DNA of 64,000 nucleotides from Veleropilina oligotropha (Eukaryota): NCBI GenBank assembly GCA_048128005.1, contig JBEUKZ010000062.1, positions 62,001 to 126,000 of the forward strand, read 5' to 3'. Shown piece by piece: positions 1 to 10,921 of this stretch (position 1 is its first letter; each line of letters starts with the position of its first letter). The notes under the pieces were generated by a model. It saw only the letters and a program-made list of their open reading frames with translations, ran no database searches and was not told where the DNA came from. The position numbers and the translations under genes were made by a program.

Positions 1-130
1 GGAGCTGCTGGTTCGGGGCAATCGTTGATGGATTGTTTGTAATCGTGACCGACTGGCGGATGCCCTTGACTGCGAGGGGCTCACGCAGCCTGCGGTATGG
101 ATTAAGCTTGCGTCCGTATACGCTAGTCAT
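1..130 (-). CDS. Major capsid protein, N-terminus only (copy A, partial)
   Basis: MTSVYGRKLNPYRRLREPLAVKGIRQS, near-identical to the copy C MCP start at 42264. Confidence 0.75.
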   Translation of the reverse strand, partial: MTSVYGRKLNPYRRLREPLAVKGIRQSVTITNNPSTIAPNQQL

Positions 131-166
131 GGCTGAATTAGATGCGTATCCCACTGATGTATTCAA

Positions 167-1468
167 ATGGCGGAATTCGAGAACCCCGCATTCGAGCCGG
201 ACGATCTCATCGACAACGATGATACCATCATCGACGATACTGATGTGGATCTATCCACCGACCGGTTTATGCCTGTTCTTTCGGAACGGCCACAGGAAGG
301 AACCAGCAGTCTTCAGCAAGAGCTCGTTCAGGGCGTGGTTGACGACTACTACAAAGCCCTGGCACAGGAGGGGCAGACCCCAGCCACGGGGCGAGATTAT
401 TCAAAATTCAAGTATGTGAGGGGAAAATTAGGGAGGGGGGGGAAATTGGTGATGACGGACTACCCCGACATCAATCTCATAAATTCTCGCACCGGCAACC
501 CCTTGGCGTTGTCAACAATAGCTGGCCGGCCTGGTGGGGGTGATGCAATCCGTGAAGGGTTGGGTTTTGTACACTGGACGCGGGGGGAAAAAAAGCTGGT
601 TGCAGTTCTTCAGACAGCCGACAACGAGTTGAGCGGTGCTGCGGCGAATGTCGAAAACGTAGAACTGCGGGACTTGGGGCAGACTGCTACTGATGCCTCG
701 GTAGCAATCCACACGATGGAGACGAAATTCACTGATACCGAGGTTGAAGAGATCTTAGGCACAATGGGGGACCCTCCATTAAATCTTCGCGAGCTTCGCG
801 GACTTGACAAGGCGATGCAGACCATCCGAGGCGAACTAACCAACAATCTAGCCAAACTAACGGCGCTGGACGAACACATAGAGCTGGAGAAGATGAAGCT
901 CGATCAGGCAGATGAAGAGGGCGGTGTGGATGAGTTCATCCGTCGACGGATCGCGGAACGTCTGCGCGACCTGAATGATGAAAGAGCAGCTCGCCTAGAG
1001 GCAGCATCATCAAGCCGGGAGGCCCTTCGCTCTCAAATCAGCCGGATCCGAGAGATGATAAGTCGGATCCTGAACACCGACACAACGCTGGCCGAGCGTA
1101 TCCGGACCCTGTTCCGCGAGCAAGGGGTTACGATCGCAACAATACTGACCGCTATCGGGCTCGCCATCTCGACTTTGGTACTAGCCCTGACAGGTGGAGC
1201 AACAAGCCCGCCAACGCCACCACCACCTCCCAGTGGTCAGGGCGGGGTCAAGGAGTGGGTCAAAAAGCAGCTGCAGAACTTGGGAAGGATTCTAGGCAAA
1301 CTAGCAGGGAAGGCCGCAGCCGCGCTCCCAGGAATACTTGGAAGCCTGGTCTCCTGGCTAATCAACCTGATTGGCAAGACAGCATCGTGGCTCGCTGAAA
1401 ACCTATGGGCACTGGTCATATCAGTTGGGGGCTTGCTTCTTATTGCCGCTAGACAGTGGGTCACGTAA
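167..1468 (+). CDS. Coiled-coil protein with hydrophobic/amphipathic C-terminal helices (copy A)
   Basis: 433-aa ORF with homologs in B and C; hydrophobic segments GVTIATILTAIGLAISTLVLAL and LWALVISVGGLLLIAA. Confidence 0.8.
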   Translation: MAEFENPAFEPDDLIDNDDTIIDDTDVDLSTDRFMPVLSERPQEGTSSLQQELVQGVVDDYYKALAQEGQTPATGRDYSKFKYVRGKLGRGGKLVMTDYPDINLINSRTGNPLALSTIAGRPGGGDAIREGLGFVHWTRGEKKLVAVLQTADNELSGAAANVENVELRDLGQTATDASVAIHTMETKFTDTEVEEILGTMGDPPLNLRELRGLDKAMQTIRGELTNNLAKLTALDEHIELEKMKLDQADEEGGVDEFIRRRIAERLRDLNDERAARLEAASSSREALRSQISRIREMISRILNTDTTLAERIRTLFREQGVTIATILTAIGLAISTLVLALTGGATSPPTPPPPPSGQGGVKEWVKKQLQNLGRILGKLAGKAAAALPGILGSLVSWLINLIGKTASWLAENLWALVISVGGLLLIAARQWVT

Positions 1469-2756
1469 GCCAAATGAACGCTAGGCCAACGACAATGCCG
1501 CCCACGATCAGTGCGGTTTTATCCTCGTCATGTTTGGTTGCCCCAGCTGAAACAGCTGCCACTGGGGCCACAGCCGGCAGAGAGCTTGGATGCTTCGGAG
1601 TGACCGCATCTGCGGGTAAGACGGCGTCTTGTGGGATGACCAATCCTGTTTCTCCAGTCTCCCCAGTGGCGTTGAGCGGCACAGGATTGGCCGCGTTCAC
1701 CGTAGTATTAAGACCTAGGGTCTGGGCTTCCGTAGCAACGACGATCTCATTGTTATAACCAGCCACCTGCCCGATCCGAAGGAGCATGTCACTTGGCGCC
1801 ATGTAAAGGCCGACGCCGAATACGAAGTCTACTTTAGACCTGGCATACTGCAAAACGTCCTGGTACCGTTGGATCGCAGCAGGGAGGTCAACGGGGGATG
1901 CGATGGCGTCTTCCACGTTCGCCAGGAACTGTTTCTGTGCGTCAAATGCGGTACCACTACCCAGAATACTTGCACGCGTTTGAGCCTGCGCTCCAAGAAT
2001 CGCCCAGACATAGGTCCTAATGGAATCATTGAGCCTCTCCACGCCGGCCTGGGTGAATCCCACCGACTTGTCCAGAATAAAAGTAGCCCAACCGTTTTTA
2101 AGCGCAGGCGCTTGCGCGATGTAGTCCACGTGCAGATTCGTGTTGGTCGTACCTTTGGTGAAGGACATTCGGCTTGGATCATACTCACGTCCGATGGGGT
2201 GGTAGCCGTTGTTCGTCCAGTAGCTGTAAGCGGTGCCTAGTCCGCCGTTGGGACCCTTGACACGCCAGTCGGTATGTGGGGACACTCCGAATTCGCTGCA
2301 GATCTTTTCATATGCCCTTCGGTCATACGGGGTGTCGAATGCATCCCACGTCCGGTCTTGTGGCAGCGGCGCCTGAATCTCGGTCAAGATCCTTCTGACC
2401 TGATAGTAGACGTGGAAGGTGAATACAGCAGTGGAGAGGGGGGCTGCAGTAGCATTCAAGTGGTCTTCTGAGGAGATACCGGAACCTGTTGTGGCACACC
2501 ATACTGCGAAGTTGACCTTGTTCTGCCAGAACCGCATCGGCGTGGTCTGCCAGGCCCTTATCAGCCCGTCACTAGCGACGTGAGGGAGGCGGTATTTCTG
2601 AAAGACGTCGGGGTATGTTGCCCCGAATGTCGTGGTTGAGCCATTACCCACATTGATGCTTGGTCTCGTAAGCTGCTCATCTTTGATCTTTGCTGGGTAC
2701 ACCACACCGGTCGGATAGGCAGCACTCCCATTAAACGCAAAGGCGCTCTTAGCCAT
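1461..2756 (-). CDS. Conserved viral hypothetical protein with C-terminal TM anchor (copy A)
   Basis: ATG at 2756 (MAKSAF); homologs in all four copies; ends ALIVGGIVVGLAFIWLT. Confidence 0.8.
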   Translation of the reverse strand: MAKSAFAFNGSAAYPTGVVYPAKIKDEQLTRPSINVGNGSTTTFGATYPDVFQKYRLPHVASDGLIRAWQTTPMRFWQNKVNFAVWCATTGSGISSEDHLNATAAPLSTAVFTFHVYYQVRRILTEIQAPLPQDRTWDAFDTPYDRRAYEKICSEFGVSPHTDWRVKGPNGGLGTAYSYWTNNGYHPIGREYDPSRMSFTKGTTNTNLHVDYIAQAPALKNGWATFILDKSVGFTQAGVERLNDSIRTYVWAILGAQAQTRASILGSGTAFDAQKQFLANVEDAIASPVDLPAAIQRYQDVLQYARSKVDFVFGVGLYMAPSDMLLRIGQVAGYNNEIVVATEAQTLGLNTTVNAANPVPLNATGETGETGLVIPQDAVLPADAVTPKHPSSLPAVAPVAAVSAGATKHDEDKTALIVGGIVVGLAFIWLT

Positions 2757-2763
2757 AGCTACT

Positions 2764-3504
2764 ATGTTCCACACATTAACAAACGTTCAAGAGGGGACCG
2801 CGGTTGCCCTCCTGGAGCCGATTGATAACCGGGACGGCAAGCTATGTGTCAGCTTGCAGTCGCTCGACTATTGGGTAGGCTGGCACAACGTGCATGCCGG
2901 AGCCTTCTTTAAGACCCCGGATACCACGGTCGACGTGGCACCAGGTTTCTACAGCTTCGATGACCTCGCCAAGACGATGAAGAGGTCGCTAGTTAACCTA
3001 CAACTAGATGTAAGCCATGCTACAGGGCTCGCCCGAATCGTGGTCCCAGAGGGGACTCGACTCGCGATAAGCGACGATATACGAAAACTCCTCGGCTTAA
3101 ACCTGTCTTCGTTTATTCTCGATAAAGCAGGGAATCTGAACCAACCCGTTCGGGGAGTACAGGGCCAACCACCTCCCCCTCCGGAGAGATCCGAGTGGCT
3201 ACGCCCTGGGACTTATGACGGGAATAAGCCTGTCGGGTTTGCCATAGCGCCAACCCTGCACGTCCACCTGGAGCAGCTTAGTACAACGCACAATGTGAAG
3301 GACGGCGCCCCGAGCACTATTCTCGCGGTGGTCCCTATCACGTCGCAGATGTTCGGTGAAGCTGGCCACTATCATAGCTATCCCACCGGCCGGCGACTAC
3401 AGGCCGGGCTAATCACAGAGTTGAAGGTGTACGTCACAGACTCAGATGGTAAACCGCTCGACAATCACGGTATGCCTATTTCCGCAGTCCTTGCGATACA
3501 ATGA
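2764..3504 (+). CDS. Putative minor capsid (penton, single jelly-roll) protein (copy A)
   Basis: Beta-rich 246 aa; C-terminal ITELKVYVTDSDGKPLDNHGMPISAVLAI resembles Polinton penton C-termini; present in all four copies. Confidence 0.65.
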   Translation: MFHTLTNVQEGTAVALLEPIDNRDGKLCVSLQSLDYWVGWHNVHAGAFFKTPDTTVDVAPGFYSFDDLAKTMKRSLVNLQLDVSHATGLARIVVPEGTRLAISDDIRKLLGLNLSSFILDKAGNLNQPVRGVQGQPPPPPERSEWLRPGTYDGNKPVGFAIAPTLHVHLEQLSTTHNVKDGAPSTILAVVPITSQMFGEAGHYHSYPTGRRLQAGLITELKVYVTDSDGKPLDNHGMPISAVLAIQ

Positions 3505-3851
3505 GCAGCATCTACGGGACCCTGCTTGCAGACGAGCCCTCTTCCCCCCCGACCCGGTGGCACTGTGTCCTTAATTGTGGGGTAGCGCCCAATAAGGGGC
3601 TGGCGAGGAGGGAGTTCATGTTTCCAAACACTAGAGGTCGGTTCGGGTTGAACCCAGCCCTTCTAATGATCCACCTGACGCCGGTCCAGCCGGCCGGGGG
3701 CCCCAAGGCATGTTCCATAAGTAAACTCAGCCTGGATTCGGATAAGTTAACCCTCGCCTTTGTCATCAAGGCCCCGTGGGTCGGCACTCTGTATTTGAAC
3801 GTTACAGTAGACATTTTAAACAAACAGGCGGAACAATACAGCCACGTATGA
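3501..3851 (+). CDS. Small hypothetical protein (copy A)
   Basis: 116 aa, conserved in four copies, ATGA overlaps with both neighbours. Confidence 0.7.
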   Translation: MSSIYGTLLADEPSSPPTRWHCVLNCGVAPNKGLARREFMFPNTRGRFGLNPALLMIHLTPVQPAGGPKACSISKLSLDSDKLTLAFVIKAPWVGTLYLNVTVDILNKQAEQYSHV

Positions 3852-4483
3852 TGGACAACAAACCCTCAGCGCCAACGCTGTACCCACAACTTGGTGGCGA
3901 TGTGCCTTCGGAAGTTCCGGAGGCACAGTCTTTCCGACTACAGAAAGTGAATGAGCTCCAGGGGCAGCTAGAACGAGAACGGGATGCTCGAGCCGCACTA
4001 TATAAAAAGTACCGACGAGGTGTTAACGTCGTTGACGGTATAGATAATGGACTAGTCGTCGCCACACTTGGTATGGGTAGCGCTGGAATTGGTCTACTTT
4101 CCACAATTGTAGCCGCCCCGGTCGTCCTAGTGCTGGAATTAGCGGCATTAGGGTGTGGGCTCGCCAGTATGGGTGGGAAATATATCAGCCGGCGCCTCGG
4201 GGTGAAGGCTAAGAAACACGACGAGATTCGAGTCCTGGCCGACAGCAAGCTGAATACCATAACCGACCACGTCTCAAAGGCCTTAGCGGACGGGGTGATG
4301 TCTGATGATGAATTCCAACTGGTCACAGGGGAGATGGAGAAATACCAAGCCATGAAGGCATCAATTCGGGATAAGAGTAGGAAGGCGCACACCGCGATTT
4401 CACAGACCCAGAGCGAGCTTATTGAGCGTGGTCGTTTAGAGGGTCGTGCAGAGCTGCTGAAAAAAATCGGAGCTGGCGACTAA
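3848..4483 (+). CDS. Helical protein with central two-helix hydrophobic hairpin, putative membrane-active (copy A)
   Basis: 211 aa from MMDNKP; coiled coil, then GLVVATLGMGSAGIGLLSTIVAAPVVLVLELAALGCGLASMGG, then coiled coil; four copies. Confidence 0.75.
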   Translation: MMDNKPSAPTLYPQLGGDVPSEVPEAQSFRLQKVNELQGQLERERDARAALYKKYRRGVNVVDGIDNGLVVATLGMGSAGIGLLSTIVAAPVVLVLELAALGCGLASMGGKYISRRLGVKAKKHDEIRVLADSKLNTITDHVSKALADGVMSDDEFQLVTGEMEKYQAMKASIRDKSRKAHTAISQTQSELIERGRLEGRAELLKKIGAGD

Positions 4484-4568
4484 CTATCCAGGTTGAGCGT
4501 AGCCACGACTACCCCGCTCCCCCTCCCCCGTATTAAAGCTAGAAATCTACAGTGATATCTGGACAACC

Positions 4569-5000
4569 ATGAAATCCATGAAATCTATGCTACTGTGCAT
4601 TGCCGCGGTGTGCTGGCTAGGGGGTATCACCACCCAGACGTCGACACACAACACTGCATTAATTCTGGAACATACGTGGGCTAGGTACCGAAATCATCCC
4701 AGGTATAACGCCCGATTTGACCCCTTGCGAAGAAACCTGCTACTACGCCCGGGTAGAGACCCCACCCCTGATGCCTCCCCACCCTCGTGCCACTACTTTA
4801 TTATCGGAGATAATAACTGTAGCCCGGCCACACCCCGAGATACTGTCACATGTGTCCAGTGTTCGACCCCCTCGTTATGTCCTGGAAAAAATGGGGAGTA
4901 TTATACCATGCTGTCTGGCTGCTTCGGTGTGTGGAGAAAAGTCGGACACATCTCACCCTGTAATTGTACTTTAATATCGGGTAACTATATATTCATATAA
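4569..5000 (+). CDS. Cys-rich protein with signal-peptide-like N-terminus (copy A)
   Basis: MKSMKSMLLCIAAVCWLGG N-terminus; Cys pattern ending PCNC conserved in four copies with in-frame indels. Confidence 0.75.
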   Translation: MKSMKSMLLCIAAVCWLGGITTQTSTHNTALILEHTWARYRNHPRYNARFDPLRRNLLLRPGRDPTPDASPPSCHYFIIGDNNCSPATPRDTVTCVQCSTPSLCPGKNGEYYTMLSGCFGVWRKVGHISPCNCTLISGNYIFI

Positions 5001-8000
5001 ACAGCTGCTCCTGCATTAAAACATATTTTTCCGGCTTTCCCCTGCGTATATTGTACCATTCAAAGTTGGTTGAAGTTCACGCAGGGGCTGCTTCACCTCT
5101 TTGTCTGATTGCGCTTGTAAAAAAAAAGATAAAATTGAAAAACTCGAAAAAAATATTCTGTTTATTATTATTATTGCTTAAGTATGTATCATTGATGTCT
5201 CTCCTGTATATTCTTGTGTACATTGTACTGTAATATTAGTTATAGTTTGTACTGCGCTTAGAGCTACACTAGGAGAGACATCAATGTATTAAATAATAAT
5301 ATTAATATCCCATGCAGCCATCTACTGTTGGTTCATTCATGCCTGATTTATGAATGGCAACATGTATACATGGCTGTTGTCAGTGTTCTGCAGCTGTTTG
5401 ACCTCAATTTCATGGGAGCGTGTATCAATGGATAGTGTTTGCTTTGAATGCCTCGCCTCTACTGCTGTCGCCGACCCAGAAAAAAAAGATTGACCCAATG
5501 AACAGTATCTGCTCCATTTAAAATTATTTTGTCCAGAAACGGGTCATCGCTCCAGTTACAAAGTTTTGGTCCACTTGTTTACATCTGGACAGTTTATTCT
5601 CTAAATGGAAATTCTACATGTATAACAATGAGTCAGCCATGTGTCACATTGCCACGTGTACATTGCCACGTGTCACAATAAAGATTCTCGAGAACGGGGA
5701 GCACTAGGTCAGCTCTATGAATAGACCCAGACGCAAAATTAATCAATAACATTGACAGCGACTAACGCAAATATCCATTGATACACGCCGTCCCTGGGGG
5801 CTCTTACTACATGCTACTATATCGGTCTGTACACACGGCGACTTTTTGTAATACAATCCCTACCCTGCTGCTGCTGGTTTTATGCCTGAAAAACTGCCCC
5901 TATTAGAGTACACTCACCCCCCCTGCTGCTACAGAAGATACAATGTTTTCTGAAGTCAAAAGAAGGTGTTTCTGATCGTCGTCGCCTTTGACTTTGGGAT
6001 TCACTGTGAGCCCTGTCATGACTGAATCCACGCTTTGCGAATGCCCTGCTGATGTGGTGATCGATGTGTAGGTACTAACACATTCTCTATGGAAGTAAAT
6101 TGTCAATGACGGATTTATTTGAAATTTTGGCTTTAACGTAAGGTGAAGGCTATCCCCTCCACCTTACTGGCAGCTATACCAGTATGTGTTCTCTGGGACG
6201 ATGCTGTGTGTAGATCACAGATGTCTTTTGTGTACTCTGGGATTATTCACCTACGCGATCCCGGCTTGGACATGAAGGCTGCTGGAAATTAAAACAGATG
6301 GAAATTAACAGATGTTAACCCTGGAAATAACCATATGTATGTATCTCTATTTCGCGACCATGTTTTCGTAATGTATTTATTTAATACAAATAATGTAAAG
6401 GCATTGTCAATCGACAGAGTACAAAAATGTGGCATTAATTTTCTTTCAATAATATTATTCTCATAACCACTTATATGACATAAAAATATTACTATAATTT
6501 TATCAGATACTTATTCACTGAAGAGCTCAACATGAGTCTAGTTGCTATTCTAAAAATAGCTTACTGTGACAACTCAGTGAAAATCATATAATGTGCATTA
6601 AATACCATAAACAGATAAATTGGTGACTCTGATTTAATCTGTAATTACATATAAATTATGTTACCAATACCTGAGGTGTGGCCTTCCGCCCCAAATAATG
6701 TAAACAGCAACACAGCAACTTCACTAGGGGAACAATTCACTGACATAATCTTCACAAAGCATATTGCCGCAGATTAACGGTATTTCCCTGTGACGTAATA
6801 ATGCTTCTCTACAAATCGGTGCATAATTAAATATTGCCAACATAATTGATCGTTTACTAAATCAGCGCTATTTGGACCACATTCAAAATATAAAATGTGA
6901 TACACGGACGGATGAATGGACACATGCAATCTATCTATCTGTCGCGATATACACTGGCAACAAAATATGTATTACCAAAACGTTGACCGTGGTCGTTACA
7001 TTTCTGTTTTTATTATAGTTTTGAAATCCCCTTTTATAGTCATTATTCCATCGAGGTTTTTTGATATGCTTACATTACATGTATTATCGTGTCCAAGAAG
7101 TTACTCTGTGCCATATGACACCAAAATAATTAATATAAGCCGGTAGTTGATGATTTTATGAATATCCGTATTTTATTGATTGTCAAACCATTGACCGATT
7201 TTGTGTTTCGACACGCTATTTTAAATGCCAAACTGGCATCAAGCGGATTCTGTATCAGTATACTCTAAAGTAACATAATTTTGGGAAAAATTGCTGTTAT
7301 ACCCGACTTTCAGGTTGCACTATGTGGGGCATTAGGTGGAATCTGGGAGTAATTTGTAGACTTTCGAATTTCAGTGGCAGCAATATAGGATTTTGTCATT
7401 TTCTTAATTTCCAGTAACTTTCCGGGAAGGTTGTGCACCTGGATATTGATAGTATATGTCCATAGATTACAATAAATAGTGCACAACCTTTTACAGCAGG
7501 CGATGCCACTTTTTATTCCTTGGCCCCATAGGTACACACTATTGGAGTATTTTATATTTCACAAATCAATGTTGGATAGCAACTACTGTCTAAATTTTAT
7601 TTCCTGTTATGACCACATTTCAAAATAATATCGAAATTATTGCATAATGTTGCATTATTCGATATATATCAGATATCGATGCTAGATCACAGTCACTCGT
7701 TCTGTTTGAACCTCATGTATATGCTACCACGTGTCGGCATAATATCTGAAATATGAACATAATTGATTTTTCAGATGATTCGTAATTGTTTCCATCTCTT
7801 GTATTGTAATTCCAAGAAACTTGTCGAGGATTCTATATGCTATATTGTTGTAATATATTATATTGCTTTGGGCACATGTTGAAGTCTTTTTATGAGGTAA
7901 CTTGCATTACGGATTTATTTCAGTCTTTCAATTGAACTTGACATATTCACACGTACAATACAGTACAGTCGTAACAATACAGTCGTAAAAAGTGCGTCTG

Positions 8001-8076
8001 CCGGTGAAAGAGCTACGCTATAGATATTCATTCACATGGTACGTGGCTTTCTACATTTATCTTTTCTGTTTTTCAG

Positions 8077-8361
8077 CTCCAAGCGATCCGTCGCTGACCG
8101 CTGTTGTCACCGATGTTGGCATCAACGGAACAATCATGAAGGGTGTCGGATACGTTAAGGAATATTACCTCAATCTACAGGAACACGATGGTTGTTCTTG
8201 GTTTACCACACTTTACCTAACCAGGTTATCAACAGAAGATGCCATTACTTACATCTTTAGAACATCATTGACTGCAGGCATTAGCTATCGCGTGGGCGTG
8301 ACAGCAATATCATTTTTTTTCCTCGACAGCGCAAGAATGTGGAGTCCGCAAGTCAGCATTC
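8077..8361 (+). CDS. Host exon encoding an FN3-like domain
   Basis: tttcag| ... |gtaagt, 285 bp, phase 1-1; PSDPSLTAVV...LTAGISYRVGVTAIS. Confidence 0.75.
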
Positions 8362-8665
8362 GTAAGTATTATAAGCGCTACAGTCGTGAGCAGTCCGCCA
8401 GTCCATCTCCGTAAGTATTATAAGCGCTACAGTCGTGAGCAGTCCGCCAGTCCCATCTCCGTAAGTATTATAAGCGCTACAGTCGTGAGCAGTCCGCCAG
8501 TCCATATGCGTAAGTAATATAAGCGCAACAGTCGTGAGCAGTCCGCCAGTCCCATCTCCGTAAGTATTATAAGCGCTACAGTCGTGAGCAGTCCGCCAGT
8601 CCATATGCGTAAGTAATATAAGCGCAACAGTCGTGAGCAGTCCGCCAGTCCATATGCGTAAGTAG
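8362..8665. repeat. Minisatellite, ~49-50 bp unit, ~6 copies
   Basis: GTAAGTATTATAAGCGCTACAGTCGTGAGCAGTCCGCCAGTCCATCTCC repeated from the splice donor onward. Confidence 0.9.
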
Positions 8666-9265
8666 CCGTGACCAGCTGTGTAACAGGAAATCGAAGTACA
8701 TGTATAATCGGTGTTCTTTACAAAATCACGTTTTATGTTGGCAATCTCGAAGCTACAGTTATGTGCAATATCATTTCTCCAATCCCCGTTTCTCCATTCA
8801 ATATGCGACAACGAACAGCTTAAACTGACATGTTTTACATAATTATTAGCCGTCATGGTCTCTTATGTTTTTATTGAGGACGCACATGATAGGGTGCAAG
8901 CATTGAGCAGTAGAGTGGAGCCGTGGCCGAAATCCATGGGATACTGGTGTTGCTGGGTGTAGGTCATTCTGTGATACATGATTGCGATTGTACCAATCTG
9001 CTTGTCTGTCGAGAACCATATTGTTGATAAAGGAGGGTGAATGCCTGCTGAAATTATTGTGTTCTTGTCAAATCTGAATCGGTTACGACGATAGCATGTG
9101 GCTCGCCGTGTATACGAGGATCTGATGTCCTGTCTACAGCTACGACGTAATCGTTAGTTAGAATCGATTATAAGCATTAATTTTGCAACATCTCGACTCA
9201 CCCACTCGATCTGAAAGGATATCTGGTTGGTAATTATATAAACAAAAAACGCCACCAGCCTGTAA

Positions 9266-9562
9266 TCTTAATATAATGGAGCTATAATTGTATGCGGGTC
9301 TGTCTGTCTGTCTGTTTCAAGTTGAACTCCTCCCAGACGCTTTGACCTAGGACCTTCAAACTTTGGGGGGTTAATCGGGGTCCCCCAAGGAAGGTTTACC
9401 ACGAAAAAAATTCGGAAAATTCGCGAAAAAAAAATAAATTTACTATCATTTTTAATATAATGGAGAAAAAAAAAAAAAAAAAAAAGGGAGCACTATCCAA
9501 AAAAAAAAAAAAAAAAATTGGGCTGGGGGGACTTACCCGGCGAAGACGGGTACCATTGCTAG
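9266..9562 (+). mobile_element. Non-autonomous Helitron-like element
   Basis: A|TC start, GTCT microsatellite, 3' hairpin CCCGGGCGAAGACGGG followed by CTAG|T. Confidence 0.65.
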
Positions 9563-10636
9563 TGACTGTAATGCTCTCAGATGGAGTTTGGATGGACTCT
9601 CGTGTTGAATAAGCCCAGAAACATGGAAATAACTTGAAAACGGGTTAGCTCGAGAGAAAAGAAGACTATAAACATACTCAGCTATGGAGATAATTAAACC
9701 ATCACTTGCAATCGGAAATAAATAAAGGATCGATGCTTAATGTCCTGTATAATTCCAATCATCAATAAGCTCAAAGCAGGTCAAGTCCCCTGTATAATAA
9801 ATATTTGTTACATTGAACCTGGTCACCTGCAGGGTTTCAAGGTCACATATTGCGAAGAAAAGTTTCGCTGGGCACGCTCACCTTTGTGGCAATTTTAAAC
9901 TATAGTATTTTGGTGTAATTTCACTATTTTATTTGTTTTAACTGGCTTAGAATATACTTAATGTTTGTATAATCATAATTCTAGTAGGAATATACGATTC
10001 CATGACAGCCATATTTGACCTTTAATGCCGAATAACATTACGTCAGGGCGGCGCCCTGTTTCCTACCAATCACTTCTCTCAAATTAGAATCTCCCATTAC
10101 ATATTCATCACCACAGATATTGATTTGTCAAAAGTACTTCAGTAATTCGCACCACTGCCTACGTGACACACTTCAGGTCTGGTCATTAACCTAAATAACC
10201 TTGCGTCTGGGATTCTGCTAACCACCGAAAATCCGTACAACATATCCAACGCGGCGTGTCTAGACCCCATATACGTCAACGCTTAACATCAACATTATTT
10301 GATTCTAAAGGTCTTTATAATGTTACTGGCATTCGTAGATTAGATTAATTATTACACCCAACTATTAGGAAGCTAAGGCGAAACGCGTTTGGGTATTCCG
10401 TACATTTGCAACATTGAAATTACGAGAATACAAAATTAAACACTACTATTATAGTTCAACACCTTAACCTCTTAGTCGATCTCAACGTCATTTTGCAACA
10501 CATGATCATTCGTGTAACCAAGCAATATAGTCGTAAAAATATTTTTTTAAAGTGCGCCTGCCAGTGAAATAGCTAAGCTATAGATATTCATTCACATAGT
10601 ACGTGACTTTCTACATTTATCTTTTCTGTTTATCAG

Positions 10637-10921
10637 CTCCAAGCGATCCGTCGCTGACCGCTGTTGTCACCGATGGTAGCATCACCGGAACAATCATGAA
10701 GGGTGTCGGAAACGTTACGCAATATGTCGTCAATCTAGAGGAATACGATGGTTTTTCTTGGGCTGGTATACTTAATCAATTATTGAATTCAACAGCGGAT
10801 GACATTACTTACAACTTCAGTACATCATTGACTGCAGGCGGCAGCTATCGAGTTGGCGCGATAGCAGTCTCATCTGCTTTCCTCGAAAGCAAAAATGTGT
10901 GGAGTCCGCAAGTCAACATCC
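10637..10921 (+). CDS. Host exon encoding an FN3-like domain (paralog of 8077-8361)
   Basis: tatcag| ... |gtaagt, 285 bp, phase 1-1; the upstream intron flank is duplicated too. Confidence 0.75.

Larger units (their letters stand above)
1..5930. mobile_element. Polinton/Maverick-like endogenous virus, copy A (partial, one end only)
   Basis: Genes are colinear with and highly similar to copy C 42140-47132. Ends in TCACCCCCCCTGCTGCT (5914-5930), the reverse complement of copy D's outer terminus. Confidence 0.9.

Noticed and set aside
5931..6290. Possible minus-strand host exon(s) interrupted by copy A
   Set aside because: Acceptor-like sites and a short open frame exist, but there is no recognisable domain. 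This cannot be supported without transcripts.
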